This document shows positions 8,383 to 20,900 of a DNA stretch of 64,000 nucleotides, one piece after another. This DNA comes from an uncultured Saprospiraceae bacterium (GTDB lineage: Bacteria; Bacteroidota; Bacteroidia; Chitinophagales; Saprospiraceae), in the NCBI GenBank assembly GCA_938045585.1, contig CALIAU010000004.1:25534-89533 (forward strand), given 5' to 3'. The position numbers were made by a program, and so were the translations under genes. How positions within the stretch are numbered: the stretch's first letter is position 1; each line of letters opens with the position of its first letter. The notes beneath the pieces are model-generated. The model worked only from the letters and a program-made list of their open reading frames with translations, had not been told where the DNA came from and did not search any database.

Positions 8383-10878
8383 CTATTGAGGGTCAACATC
8401 AATGTTAATTCGAACAGATTTATACCCATCAGAATTTTTCATAAGTCCACGCTTATCCAAGATAATCTCTTTAATCTTACGCATTATTTTTGTGTCCTTT
8501 TCTAACTTAATAGTAATCACACGTTGGTACAATCCTCGCACACGGGCAATACCGGGTTCTGTAGGCCCCAGTACACGATTTCCCATTTCTTTCCTGAGTT
8601 CTTTTGCAAATATTTCAGCTGCATCTCTCACTATTTCAGGTTTCTTATGTTTTAGAAGAATATAAATAAGTCTAAAGTAAGGTGGATATTTAAATCGCTG
8701 CCGCTCTATCAACTCTCTGGTCAAAAATCTGGAAATATTGTTATCGATTGTTTCTAAAATCACGGGGTGCGTTGGAGTAAAGGTTTGAATGAACATCCTC
8801 CCCTTTTTGTTTTTCCTACCTGCCCTTCCACTTACCTGTGTAAATAATTGGAAGGCGCGTTCGTGGGCCCGAAAATCTGGGAAGTTAATCGTCTTATCAG
8901 CGTTTAGAATTCCCACTAATGAAATATTATCAAAGTCTAAGCCCTTAGTAATCATTTGTGTGCCTACTAAGACATCTATTTTTCCTAATTCAAAATCTGT
9001 CAGAATCTTTTCAAAGGCTGCTCTAGTTTTGGCAGTATCATAATCCAAACGTTTGATACGCAGTTCAGGTAATAAACTGCTTAATTCGTCCTCAATCTTT
9101 TCTGTCCCAAATCCTAATTTTGCTAATTCTTGGCTACCACAACGCGGACAATGCTTGGGAAGTTTTTCTCTTTTGCCGCAGTAGTGACAGCGCAACTCAT
9201 TAAACCTATTGTGGACCGTCAATTTTACGTCACAGTTTGTACATTCCGAATACCACTCACAAACTCCACAACGGAAGACAGGTGAATATCCACGTCGATT
9301 TTGAAAGATGATGACCTGTTCCCTATTTTGTGTCACTGCATGAATCTCTGCCAAGAGTTCCTTACTAAACATGCCCTTCATTCTTCCTTGCTTAAACGCT
9401 TTATTCAAATCAATGAGTTGAATCTCTGGCAACTCCAAACCTCCAAAGCGTTCTAATAATTCGACCTTATAAAATTTTTCTTCTTCCACATTTCTAAACG
9501 ACTCCAAGGAAGGTGTTGCAGAACCTAATAGAATAGTAGCTTGATGTTGTTGTGCTAAGAAAATCGCCGTATCTCTAGCATGATATCGTGGGGCGGGATC
9601 TGACTGTTTATATGAAGAATCATGTTCTTCATCCACAATAATAAGTTGCAAGTTTTTGAATGGTAAAAACAAACTACTTCTTGCTCCCAGCACCACAGGT
9701 AAATCCTTTTTTACTTTCTTCCATATCTCAACCCGTTCATTATTACTAATCTTACTGTGATACACTTCTACAGAATCAGAAAACACATCTTTCATCCGTT
9801 GTGTTATCTGAGTGGTCAAACCAATTTCTGGTAGTAAGTAAAGTACCTGTCCCCCAGCTTGGATTATTTCTTCGATGCGTTTAATATAAATAAGGGTTTT
9901 TCCACTCCCTGTAATTCCGTGTAAAAGAATAGGTTTTCTCTTTTGCGTTTCTAATTCTTTTATTTGATTAAACACGTTTTCTTGTAAGTCAGATAATGCG
10001 GGTATTTCATCTACAGTATTTAATTTTCTTTTCAATCTAGACTCTTCTCTTTGTTCGATTAGAAAAACGCCTTTATCTACAAGTGCCTTAATAACAGCCG
10101 CAGACACATCAGCAGTTTCCATAATGGATTTTTTACGCAAGTCTTCCCCTTTCTTTTCTAAACTTAGGTAGGCCAATATTGCCTTGGTTTGTTTTTCAGA
10201 ACGTGTGGCTAAATCTAGGGCCTTATGCATTCCTTCATCATCCTGAAATTGTTTTCCCAACTGCACATAAGGAACCAGTTTGGCTTTATACTTTTGCTTC
10301 AGTTCTTCTTTTAGAATTGCTACTCCCTTCGACATCAAAGACCGTATTGTCGGATAGATAGTTTTCTTTTGGAGTATTTCTTGGACATCGTAAAGAGGTA
10401 TTTCATTTCTTAATTCAAGCGCCTCAGCAAGTAAAAATTCATCGTCGTTCAATTCTTCAAAAGGGATTACATTATCGTGGGCTAAGATAATTTTACTCTC
10501 ACTAGAAAGTTTTAGTCCGGAGGGAAGAGCTACAGACATGACCTCCCCTAGAGAGCAACAGTAGTAGGAAGCAATCCACTTCCAGAGATCCAGTTGTTTT
10601 TGAGCAATGATGGGTGCGGTATCAAGGATAGAGACAATATCTTTCACGGGATAAGCTGGCTTTTCTCCCTCACGAATAGCTATTATAAGACCAGAATATA
10701 ATTTATTTTTCAGTCCCACCTCTACGCGTACTCCAAACAAAACACTCTCAATCAGTGCAGTAGGCACAGAATAGTCATACACCTTAGGGATGGCTAAAGG
10801 AATTAAGACAGATACATATGTTTTACTAAGATTTTCCAATACTAGATGCCAAATTAGACATAATGCACAGATAATCAT
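8383..10878 (-). CDS. priA: primosomal protein N' (replication restart helicase PriA)
   Basis: Walker A GITGSGKT, DEEH box (IVDEEHDSSYKQ) and the PriA Cys-rich zinc module (CGVCEW..CTNC...CHYCG...CPRCG). The real start may be the in-frame TTG just before ENLSKTYVSVLIP rather than the ATG at 10878. Confidence 0.9.
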   Translation of the reverse strand: MIICALCLIWHLVLENLSKTYVSVLIPLAIPKVYDYSVPTALIESVLFGVRVEVGLKNKLYSGLIIAIREGEKPAYPVKDIVSILDTAPIIAQKQLDLWKWIASYYCCSLGEVMSVALPSGLKLSSESKIILAHDNVIPFEELNDDEFLLAEALELRNEIPLYDVQEILQKKTIYPTIRSLMSKGVAILKEELKQKYKAKLVPYVQLGKQFQDDEGMHKALDLATRSEKQTKAILAYLSLEKKGEDLRKKSIMETADVSAAVIKALVDKGVFLIEQREESRLKRKLNTVDEIPALSDLQENVFNQIKELETQKRKPILLHGITGSGKTLIYIKRIEEIIQAGGQVLYLLPEIGLTTQITQRMKDVFSDSVEVYHSKISNNERVEIWKKVKKDLPVVLGARSSLFLPFKNLQLIIVDEEHDSSYKQSDPAPRYHARDTAIFLAQQHQATILLGSATPSLESFRNVEEEKFYKVELLERFGGLELPEIQLIDLNKAFKQGRMKGMFSKELLAEIHAVTQNREQVIIFQNRRGYSPVFRCGVCEWYSECTNCDVKLTVHNRFNELRCHYCGKREKLPKHCPRCGSQELAKLGFGTEKIEDELSSLLPELRIKRLDYDTAKTRAAFEKILTDFELGKIDVLVGTQMITKGLDFDNISLVGILNADKTINFPDFRAHERAFQLFTQVSGRAGRKNKKGRMFIQTFTPTHPVILETIDNNISRFLTRELIERQRFKYPPYFRLIYILLKHKKPEIVRDAAEIFAKELRKEMGNRVLGPTEPGIARVRGLYQRVITIKLEKDTKIMRKIKEIILDKRGLMKNSDGYKSVRINIDVDPQ

Positions 10879-11046
10879 AGATAAAATAATTTATATATGT
10901 TCTTTGTACTTTCTGGATATAAAACTATCTTGTGCGAATCATTAATAGTGGATCTTTGACACTTTATCTACTATGCGATACAACTCTTGTAAAGACAATT
11001 TACACTTGTTGAGAATATATTCCAATATCGATTTTTAAGCAGATCA

Positions 11047-11070
11047 GCGGTAAGATTTATTTTTTACCGC
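11047..11070 (-). terminator. possible hairpin immediately after the deacetylase stop
   Basis: gcggtaa...ttaccgc 7-bp stem abutting the stop at 11076-11078. The T-run is on the plus-strand side only, so it is weak as a minus-strand intrinsic terminator. Confidence 0.25.
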
Positions 11071-11075
11071 TTTTT

Positions 11076-11981
11076 TTACGCTCCATAGGCTGACACTGCT
11101 GCTCTATACGTATTTGCATGGGCATCAATAATATCTGCAAGCTTTTCAGAATAGCCTCCTCCCATACTTACTGCAACTGGAATTTGAAATTTTTGGCATA
11201 ATTCAAAGACATGTTCATCCCTTTGCTTACAGCCTTTTTTAGTCATAGACAGGCGTCCTAACTTATCTGAATTTAGAACATCTACTCCGCTCAAATAAAA
11301 AATAAAATCAGGTATCTCCCGCGAAATTAATGGTTCCAATGTCTCTTTCAGAATCCTTAAATATGCATTGTCATCTGTTTTATCAGCTAATCCAATATCA
11401 AGATCGGACTTCTCTTTACGCAGTGGATAATTTCTTTCTCCATGCATGCTAAACGTAAATACCCTTGGGTTGTCTTCAAATATTTTTGCAGTTCCATTCC
11501 CCTGATGTACATCAAGATCAACGATTAATATTTTTTTGACTAATTTTTCTTCTAACAGCAAGTTAGACGCAATTGCAAAGTCATTAAATATACAAAAGCC
11601 TTCACCCCGATCTTTAAAACTATGGTGGGTGCCACCTGCAACATTTAATGAACAACCATATTGCAAAGCATACTTTGCACATTGATAGCTCGCTCCTGCG
11701 ATATGTTTTCCACGGATAATTAATTCCTTCATTACGGGAAATCCTATATCTCTAATCTCTTTACGACTAAGCGTAAGGTTATCTAATTTCCGAATATATT
11801 CTTTACTATGTGTGCGTTCTATTTGCTCATTCGTGAGCGCTGTTGGAGAAAAGAATGCGTCCTTGCTTACCGTTTGTTCATAGATTAACTGTTCAGGCAA
11901 GAGAGTGTATTTATCCATTGGGAATCTATGCCCCTCCGGCAGACTGTATTTATAAATAGGTGAATACCCAATTTTAATCAC
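11076..11981 (-). CDS. histone deacetylase-family (HDAC/AcuC-like) amidohydrolase
   Basis: DLDVHQGNG, GGTHHS and GGGYS motifs. The ORF track extends to an ATG at 12044 and overlaps the giant gene's 3' end. A GTG at 11981 gives (M)IKIGYSPIYKYSLPEGHRFPMDKY, the typical N-terminus of this family, and removes the overlap. Confidence 0.8.
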   Translation of the reverse strand: MIKIGYSPIYKYSLPEGHRFPMDKYTLLPEQLIYEQTVSKDAFFSPTALTNEQIERTHSKEYIRKLDNLTLSRKEIRDIGFPVMKELIIRGKHIAGASYQCAKYALQYGCSLNVAGGTHHSFKDRGEGFCIFNDFAIASNLLLEEKLVKKILIVDLDVHQGNGTAKIFEDNPRVFTFSMHGERNYPLRKEKSDLDIGLADKTDDNAYLRILKETLEPLISREIPDFIFYLSGVDVLNSDKLGRLSMTKKGCKQRDEHVFELCQKFQIPVAVSMGGGYSEKLADIIDAHANTYRAAVSAYGA

Positions 11982-11991
11982 AGAAGAGAAT

Positions 11992-14900
11992 TTAGCGCAA
12001 GATAGAGATATCACCAAAGAATCTTTGCTCTTCTCCTTGTACATTTTCTATTACAAGGTAATAGACATATACTCCAGGGTTAAGTTGTTCTCCGTTCCAA
12101 TCTCCAGCCCAACCAAAGGCAGGATCATTACTGACAATGTTTTGTCGATACATGACTCTATTTCCCCATCGATCATAAATAATAAATTCTTTTATCGTTC
12201 TGTCTATAGCTGACTGAACAAAGAATATATCATTTGAACCATCGCCATTCGGGCTAAAAATGCTTGGGATAAAAATTTCCTCACGTTGATCTATTGGCAC
12301 AAAGAGAGTGAGTATATCAGTACATCCATTATCATAGCTTATTTCGATAGTAAAATTGGCACTTTCACTCAGTGTCGCAATAGGACTCAGACAATTGGAA
12401 CAACTTAAGAGCTCAGAGTTACTCCAAAGCACTTCGACTATAGTTACATCAGAAAATATATCAAACTGAAAAGTAGAGTCTGATATTGCTGTATAACTGG
12501 CATTTGCTTCTGGTAATGCTATTTGTAAATCTTCTACCAAAACTGAATCAAGATTTGAACAGCCATTCGCAGAGTCAAAGCTTTCTAAGTAGTACCATCC
12601 TTCCACATTTACTTCTATAAGCGCTTCTGAGAATGGTAACAAAGATCCATCTGGACCAAACCACTCATAGCTAATACTAGAACTCATATCCGATGCAGAA
12701 GCATCTAAAACAAAATTTTCGTCCACACATGGATTAAACGGCGATTGTTCTAAACTTATGAATGGAATTTGCACATTTGAATTTATAACAACAGAATCAA
12801 TTGCGCTACAGCCATCATCAAACAATACTTCAAAATAGTATGTTCCCTCCTCTGTCACTTCTAACTCTAAACCATTTGCAAGTACTGCGCCTGATTCATC
12901 TAACCAACTAGGATTTCCCCCATCTATACTTTCACCTACTAAATTTACCAAGGCATTATCGCAACTAAGTGTTTGACTTTGACCGGCTTCCACTTGCTGT
13001 AAACAATCTGTTGAACAAGCATTCGGAGCATTGACTATGAGCAGTCCATTACATGCAGAATCTCCACTATCTGTAAACAATAAACTCACATTTCCATCTG
13101 AAATTAGATAAGGACCAAATAAGACAGTGCTACCATACAGACCTGACGCCACACTTGGATCATCTACTATCCAGTTAGTACCTATGTTTGTGCCCGTAAC
13201 AACCACATCAAACTGATATGTATCATCACTCGGGTCAGTTGTTCCCATATTATCACAACTCACATCTCCTAAACTTAGATCAATCATACACGAGGCCTGT
13301 GAACAATCAGAAGGTGCTTCTACAATTACCATTGCAGAACATGTCAAATTATTCGCATCTATTATATTAAAATTAAGATCTCCATTACTTATAGCATATG
13401 GACCAAAGATACTTGTAGAACCATAGATACCAGTCGTCATATTAGGGTCATCTGCGATCCAACTTGAACCAGTATTCATCCCATCTACAAACAAGCTAAG
13501 AGTAAAGGTATCATCTGAGCCATCATTTGGCGTACCGTTATCATCGCAGACAACTCCCATATTTTGTGTTGTTATGGAACATACAGGATCAATGCAATCC
13601 GTAGGTACTTCTACTTGAACTTGCACACTACAAGCAGGATCATTTGCATCTATTACATTAAAAATTGCATCCCCGTCACTGATTAAGAAAGGGCCAAAGC
13701 TTCTAAGAACACCATAGTCACCAGTAGTGCTATTCATATCAGTTGCTATCCAAGAAGTGGAATTGACGTTTGTTCCAGTCACAAGGAGATCAAAGGTGTA
13801 CGTATCATCTGCAGTATTATTTACAGTGCCATTATCATTACAGACAAGGTTTGTACTTGTGTACAATAATGCACAATCATTAGAACAACTTGGTGGTGCC
13901 ACTACTTCTCCTAGTATACTACATTGATCATCCACCCCATCTTCTATGATAAAATTAAAATCACCGTTTGCAATTAAATATGGTCCCATTGTTATAAGTG
14001 TATTATAAGAACCACTAGAATTATTTGGATCATCTGCAGTCCAACTCGAACCTACATTCATTCCTTCAACAAATACATCAAAACTAAAGAGGTCATCGCT
14101 AGGATCTAAGCTAGTCCCATTATCATCACAGCTATAGTTTGAAATTGTCATTTCGATAAGACAGACATCTGAACAAGCACTTGGTGGAGTAACACTTACA
14201 ATTGTAGAACAATCAGGGTCATTCACATCTTCTACAACAAAGTTCAATATTCCATCTGAGATCGCGTAAGGACCTAAATTACTTATAGAATTATACTGCC
14301 CCATACTTCCGTTCGGATCACCTGCTACCCAGGCAGTACCCAAATTTGAACCTGTTATTTCTAAATCAAAATAATACAGATCATCACTACCCTCTGATGG
14401 TGTATTATTTGGATCACAGGTGACATTACTTACAATATTCGTTAAACTACAACTGGTAGAACATGCATCCGGAGCTATCACAATTGCAGTTGCTGAACAA
14501 TCAGAATTCGATACGTCGCTAATTAAAAAGTTTTGGTTACCGTCAACAATCGCATAGGGTCCAAAGCTAACAACAGTACCATAGCTACCGCTCGTTAGAT
14601 TAGGATCGCTCGCAGTCCACATCCCAGACGCATTTGTTCCTGTCACAAATAAATCAAAGGTATAGGTATCATCACTATTGTCTGAAGGTGTATTATTATT
14701 ATTACATAAAACATTAGATAAGACGTATTCAATTTCGCAAGCATTTGAACAGCTTGGAGGTGCTTCTACTAGCACGGAATACACACAGGAAGGATCCGCA
14801 GCATCTGTTATTACAAAACTTAGATCGCCACCGCTAATCGGGTAGGGTCCAAAGCTACTTGTAATATCATAATTACCATTCGTTGTGTTTGGATCTGTTG

Positions 14901-17900
14901 CTTCCCATCCAGCTCCAATATTATCTCCTGAGACAATCAAATCAAAGCTAAATACATCATCTGTGCTTTCACTGGATGTTCCATTGTCATCGCAATTTAT
15001 ATTACTTACTATTGCTTCTATAACACAAAGATCAGAACAGCTTAGTGGTGCTTCGATGCTTATTTGATCTAAACACATACTCGATGTGGCATCTTCAATA
15101 TCTAAACTAAGATCACCGTCACTTATCAAATATGGACCAAAACTTGTTATTTCTCCCATATTCCCTGTCGTTCCATTTGGATCATTTGCAATCCAACTTA
15201 GGCTAGCATTTGTACCTTCTACCAATACATCAAACATATAGGTATCATCACTCGGATCAGAAGGTGTTCCGTTATCATTACAAGCAATTGAAATTAAACT
15301 TGCGTCAATAGCACAGGCGTCAGAACAAGGTGCTGGTGCTTCCACTCCCACACTTGTACTACAATTCATATCTAGTCCATCTGTAATTGTGAAATTTAAA
15401 TCTCCATCTGATATAAGATATGGGCCAAAGCTAATGGAATTTCCATAAGAACCAGAGGTAGCATTTGGGTCATTCGCACTCCACGTTGTCCCTGCATTTT
15501 CACCTTCCACTATCACTATAAAACTAAATAGATCATCTGAAGCATCACTTGGTGTCCCATTGTCATCACAGCTTACACTTATTACATTTGCTTCTAAGGA
15601 ACAAAGATCGGAGCAAGGTATTGGTGGTTCTACACTCACTATAGTTGTACAATCCGGATTTGCATCATCTGTCACTGTGAAATTTAAAATACCATCACTA
15701 ATAAGATATGGACCCATAGGCACTAGGTTATTGTACAAGCCTGAAATTAAAAATGGGTCGTTTGCCGACCAACTTGAACCTATATTGGAACCTACAACTA
15801 ATATATCAAAGAAGTAAATATCGTCAGTTGGGTCGCTTGGGGTTCCATTGTCACTACATGTTATATTACTTACAGTATTAGAAATACTACAACTTACAGA
15901 ACATGCTGATGGAGCTTGTACAAGTACTGTAGCTGTACACATTGGGTCATTTGTATCCGTAATCACAAAATTCTGGTTACCATTACTAATTGGATATGGC
16001 CCAAGGGTGATTGTTTCATTATAATTTCCAGAGCTAAAATTTGGATCATTTGCAGACCATGTAAGGGCAGTATTTAATCCTGTTACCACGATGTCAAATG
16101 TATAGGTATCATCTGAATCATCACTGGGTGTTCCATTATCATTACAAAGAATATTATTTGCGGTATAATTAATATCACAGAGATTGGAACAGCTCGCAGG
16201 TGCACTTACCATCACAGGTACTGTACAAGCATTCTCAACTGCATCTGTAATGGTGAAATTAATATTTCCTCCACTTATTGGGTACGGACCAAGGGTTACG
16301 ATGGCATCATAGGCACCACTCGTAGCATTCGGGTCAGAAGCAGACCAACTATTCGAAGTATTAAATCCAGTAACAAATACATCAAAGGTAAATACATCAT
16401 CACTCGGGTCACTTGGTGTTCCATTATCAGCACAGGAAACATTAGAAACCATTGCATTGATTTCACAGAGATCTGAACAAGTCGCAGGCGCAATAATGCT
16501 CAAGTCATAAACACAGTTTATGTCTCCCATGTCAGTTATAGTAAAATTCTGGTCACCGCCGCTAATTGGGTATGGTCCAAAAAATTCTGTAACATCATAT
16601 ATACCAGTAGTCCCATTTGGATCATTTGCAGTCCATGAGCCTGATACATTGGAACCTGTTACTAGGAGATCAAAGCTATACGTATCATCACTCGCATCAG
16701 AAGGCGTACCATTGTCCGAACATACAACAAGACCCTCTGTAATTTCTAAAGCACAGACATCCGAACAAGTCATTGGTGTTGCTACATTTATTAGAACCGA
16801 ACAACTATTTGAGTTTCCATCTGTAATTGTAAAATTCTGATCTCCATCACTTATAAGATAGGGTCCAAAACTTGTCAAAGCTTCATACGCACCAGAGACG
16901 GCATTCGGATCATTTGCAGACCATGTTGTTCCTGTATTCAATCCCGTCACGAGAACATCAAAGCTGTAGCTATCATCACTAGGGTCAGACGGTGTGTTAT
17001 TATCATTGCATACTATACTACTTACTACTGCTTCGATATCACAAAGGTCGGAACAGCTCATTGGTGGTATCACACTTACAATAGTTGTACAACTGGGATC
17101 AGCAATATCATCTGTAATTGTAAAGTTTAAAGTACCATTTGCAATTTCATACGGGCCCATAGGTACGGTAACTCCATACAAGCCTGTCGACAATAATGGA
17201 TCATCTGCAGTCCATGCGTTTCCTATATTAGACCCTGTTACAACAAGATCAAAAAAGAAGAGGTCATCCGTTGGATCACTAGGAGTTCCATTATCATCAC
17301 AAGTAATATTATCTACTAGGTTTGTGATACTACAGGTGGTCGAGCAGGTATTGGGTGCTAGGACTGTAACATTTGCTGTACAAAGTGAATTACTTGCATC
17401 TGTAATAGTAAAATTTTGGTTACCATCACTTATGTTGTAAGGGCCAAAACTTACAATTGTGTTATAATTTCCTGTCGCCCCATTTATCTCATCTGCTGAC
17501 CATGATCCTGAAGTATTAAATCCAGTCACTACCACATCAAAGGTGTAGAGATCATCTGTATCATCACTAGGCGTTCCATTCGCATCACAAAGAATATTTG
17601 AGACAACTACATCAATCGCACATGCATTAGAACAACTCAAAGGTGCCATTACAGTAATAATTTCTGTACATCCTGGACTTACACCATCTGTAATTGTAAA
17701 GTTAATATCACCACCACTAATAGGATAAGGCCCAAAACTCACTGTGCTATTATACGCACCACTAGTAGCATTCGGATCAGAAGCAGACCAAGAACCACCT
17801 ACATTATTTCCAGTAACAGTTACATCAAAACTAAAGACATCATCACTAGCGTCTGCGGGCGTACCATTATCATCACAAACTGCGGTTGCAAGATCAACAA

Positions 17901-20900
17901 CTATATCACACACATCCGAACAGCTCATAGGAGGCAATACACTCAAACTCTCTAAACAATTTCCATCTACAGCATCTATGATATCAAAATTTATTGCTCC
18001 CCCACTTATAGGATATGGACCAAATACAATACTCATATCATAGGGCCCACTTGTTGCATTCGGATCCGTTGCTACCCAATTTGTTGCAACATTAGAACCA
18101 GTTACTTCTACTTCAAAACTAAAGGTATCATCCGTTGGGTCACTAGGTGTATTGGCATCATTACACATTATGTTTGTAAACATAGCTTCTAAGTCACAAA
18201 GATCTGAACAGCTCATTGGCGCAGCCACATTTACAAAAAATGTACAACTTGGATCTACCCCATCTGTAATTGTAAAGCCTAGATCACCGTCTGATATTAA
18301 AAAAGGACCAAAGCTTGTTATTCCACCGTAGGAACCCGAGTTCATGTTAGGATCGTTAGAAGACCAACTAGAACCTATATTCATACCATCAACAAATAAA
18401 TCAAAAGTAAACAGATCATCCGATGGGTCAGATGGTGTATTATTATCATCGCAGCTAACAGCACTAACAGTAGCTTCTAAGGTACATACATCAGAACAAG
18501 TCATAGGCGGCACCAAAGTTAGCTCAGTGGTACACATGTCATCTATGTCATCCGTTATTATTACATTAATTGGGCCACCACTTATTGGATATGGTCCTAA
18601 GATCGTACTTACTCCATATAAACCATTCGTCCCTAAAGGGTCGTTTGCAGTCCATGCTGTACCAACATTTAAACCTGACACAACTATTTCAACAGTGAAC
18701 ATATCATCAGACGGATCACTAACTGTATTATTATCAAGACAGCTTATATCTCCGATTGTATTCGATATACTACAGGTAGTAGAACAAGTTGCTGGTGCAT
18801 CCACCATGACATCCGCAGTACATAGCATATCTGATGCATCTGTGATTGTAAAGTTTATCGTTCCATTTGAAATTGGATAAGGACCCATGCTTGTAATTAC
18901 TCCATACGCTCCTGTTGTAGCAAGAGGGTCGTTTGCAGACCAAGTACTGGCAGTATTAGATCCGTTTACCTCAATATCAAAACTATAGTTGTCATCCGTA
19001 TCATCGCTTGGTGTGTTATTATTATTACATACAATATTTGTTACTGTATATTCTATAACACAAAGATTTGAACAAGTCATCGGTGCAGTTATATTCACCG
19101 TCGTTGCACAAAGTGCCTCATCTATATCTGTAATGTTAAATACTAAGTCTCCTCCACTTATTGGGTAGGGCCCAAAGGATACAGAGCTACCATATGCACC
19201 ACTCGTCATCAGAGGATCAGTTGCACTCCAAGAAAGACCAGTATTAGAACCTGTAACAACTAGGTCAAAACTGAAGGTATCGTCGTCTGGGTCAGAAGGT
19301 GTATTATTATCGTCGCAAACTGCCGCTGTTGGAACAGCATTAATAGCGCATAAATCGGAACAAGTAGATGGTGGTGTCACGTTTACTACAGCCGTACAAA
19401 GACCATCTGTATCATCAAAAATATTAATCGTTACTGCTCCGTCTGCAATGGCATAAGGACCAAAAACAACTATTGCACCATAGGCTCCAGTTATCCCTGC
19501 AGGATCATCTGAATTCCACATGGTGGCAGTATTTGCACCAGTAACTACAAGTTCAAAGCTGAAGGTATCATCACTCGGGTCAGAAGGCGTGTTATTATCA
19601 TTGCAACTTACCATACCCACAGTTGCATCAATATCACATAGATTTGAGCAGCTAGGCGGAGGGGATACCATAACGGATGTTTGACAGCTACCGTCAATAT
19701 TATCTGTAATTGTAAAGTTTGTAGCACCACCTGATATTAGATAGGGCCCAAAAGTTTGTGCAGAACCATAGGAACCTGATGTCATACTAGGATCCGTAGC
19801 TACCCATGATGCGCCCGTATTTAATCCAGTTACTGTCACATCAAAAGAATACGTATCATCTGTTGGGTCACTAGGCGTACCATTGTCGTCACACATAGGT
19901 ATACTTGCAACAGCACTAATATCACAAAGATTAGAACAGGTCATCGGTATACTCACTGTTGCTACTGTGCTGCAACCAGGGCTTGTATCATCTGTAATCG
20001 TAAATACAATCGGTCCATCACTGATATTATATGGCCCCAATATTTCATTTACACCATATAAGCCAGAAGAAGCAAGAGGATCATCAGCTGTCCACCCTCC
20101 TCCTAGATTCAAACCAGTTACTAAGATTTCAACTGTATATGTATCATCTGATGGGTCACTCGGAGTACCATTATCACTGCACAGTGTTTCAATAATTGAA
20201 TTGGAAATACTACAGGTAGTAGAACAGCTTGATGGTTCAGTAACCATAACATTTGCAACGCAAGCATTATCATCAATATCTGTTATTGTAAAACTCACTG
20301 GACCACTAGATATATCAAAGGGCCCCAAATTGGTCACCACTCCATACATTCCAGAAGAATTATTAATATCATTTGCAATCCAAGATGCACCTGTATTACT
20401 ACCCGTAACAGTTACATCAAAATAAAATGTATCGTCTGTATCATCACTAGGTGTCCCCTCATTATTACAGCTTGGAGCACCTACTATTACTTCTATGTTA
20501 CAGGTATTAGAACAGCTCATCGGTGGGTCCACACTTATAACAGCTGTACACGCAGGATCATTATCATCTGTAACAGTGATACTTACTGAACCACCAGAGA
20601 TAGAGAAACCACTTAATGTTTGGTCCACACCATAGCTTCCTGTTGTACTCATTGGATCGTTTGCTGTCCATCCGCTTCCAGTATTTACACCCGTAACATT
20701 TAGATCAAAAGAAAAAGTATCATCAGATGGATCACTTGGTGTACCATTATCATTACACATTGGGATACTTGCACTTGCCACAATATCACATAGATTGGAA
20801 CAGCTAGGTGGAGCTGTGATCATAACTACATCATTACATGTAGGGTCTGTGTTGTCTGATACAGTAATACTTATAGTACCACCAGAAATTGGAAAGCCAC

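Noticed and set aside
11982-12044. 53-nt overlap between the deacetylase ORF and the 3' end of the 4383-aa gene
   Set aside because: Probably an artefact of taking the longest ATG ORF. A GTG at 11981 gives the family-typical (M)IKIGYSPIY start with no overlap.
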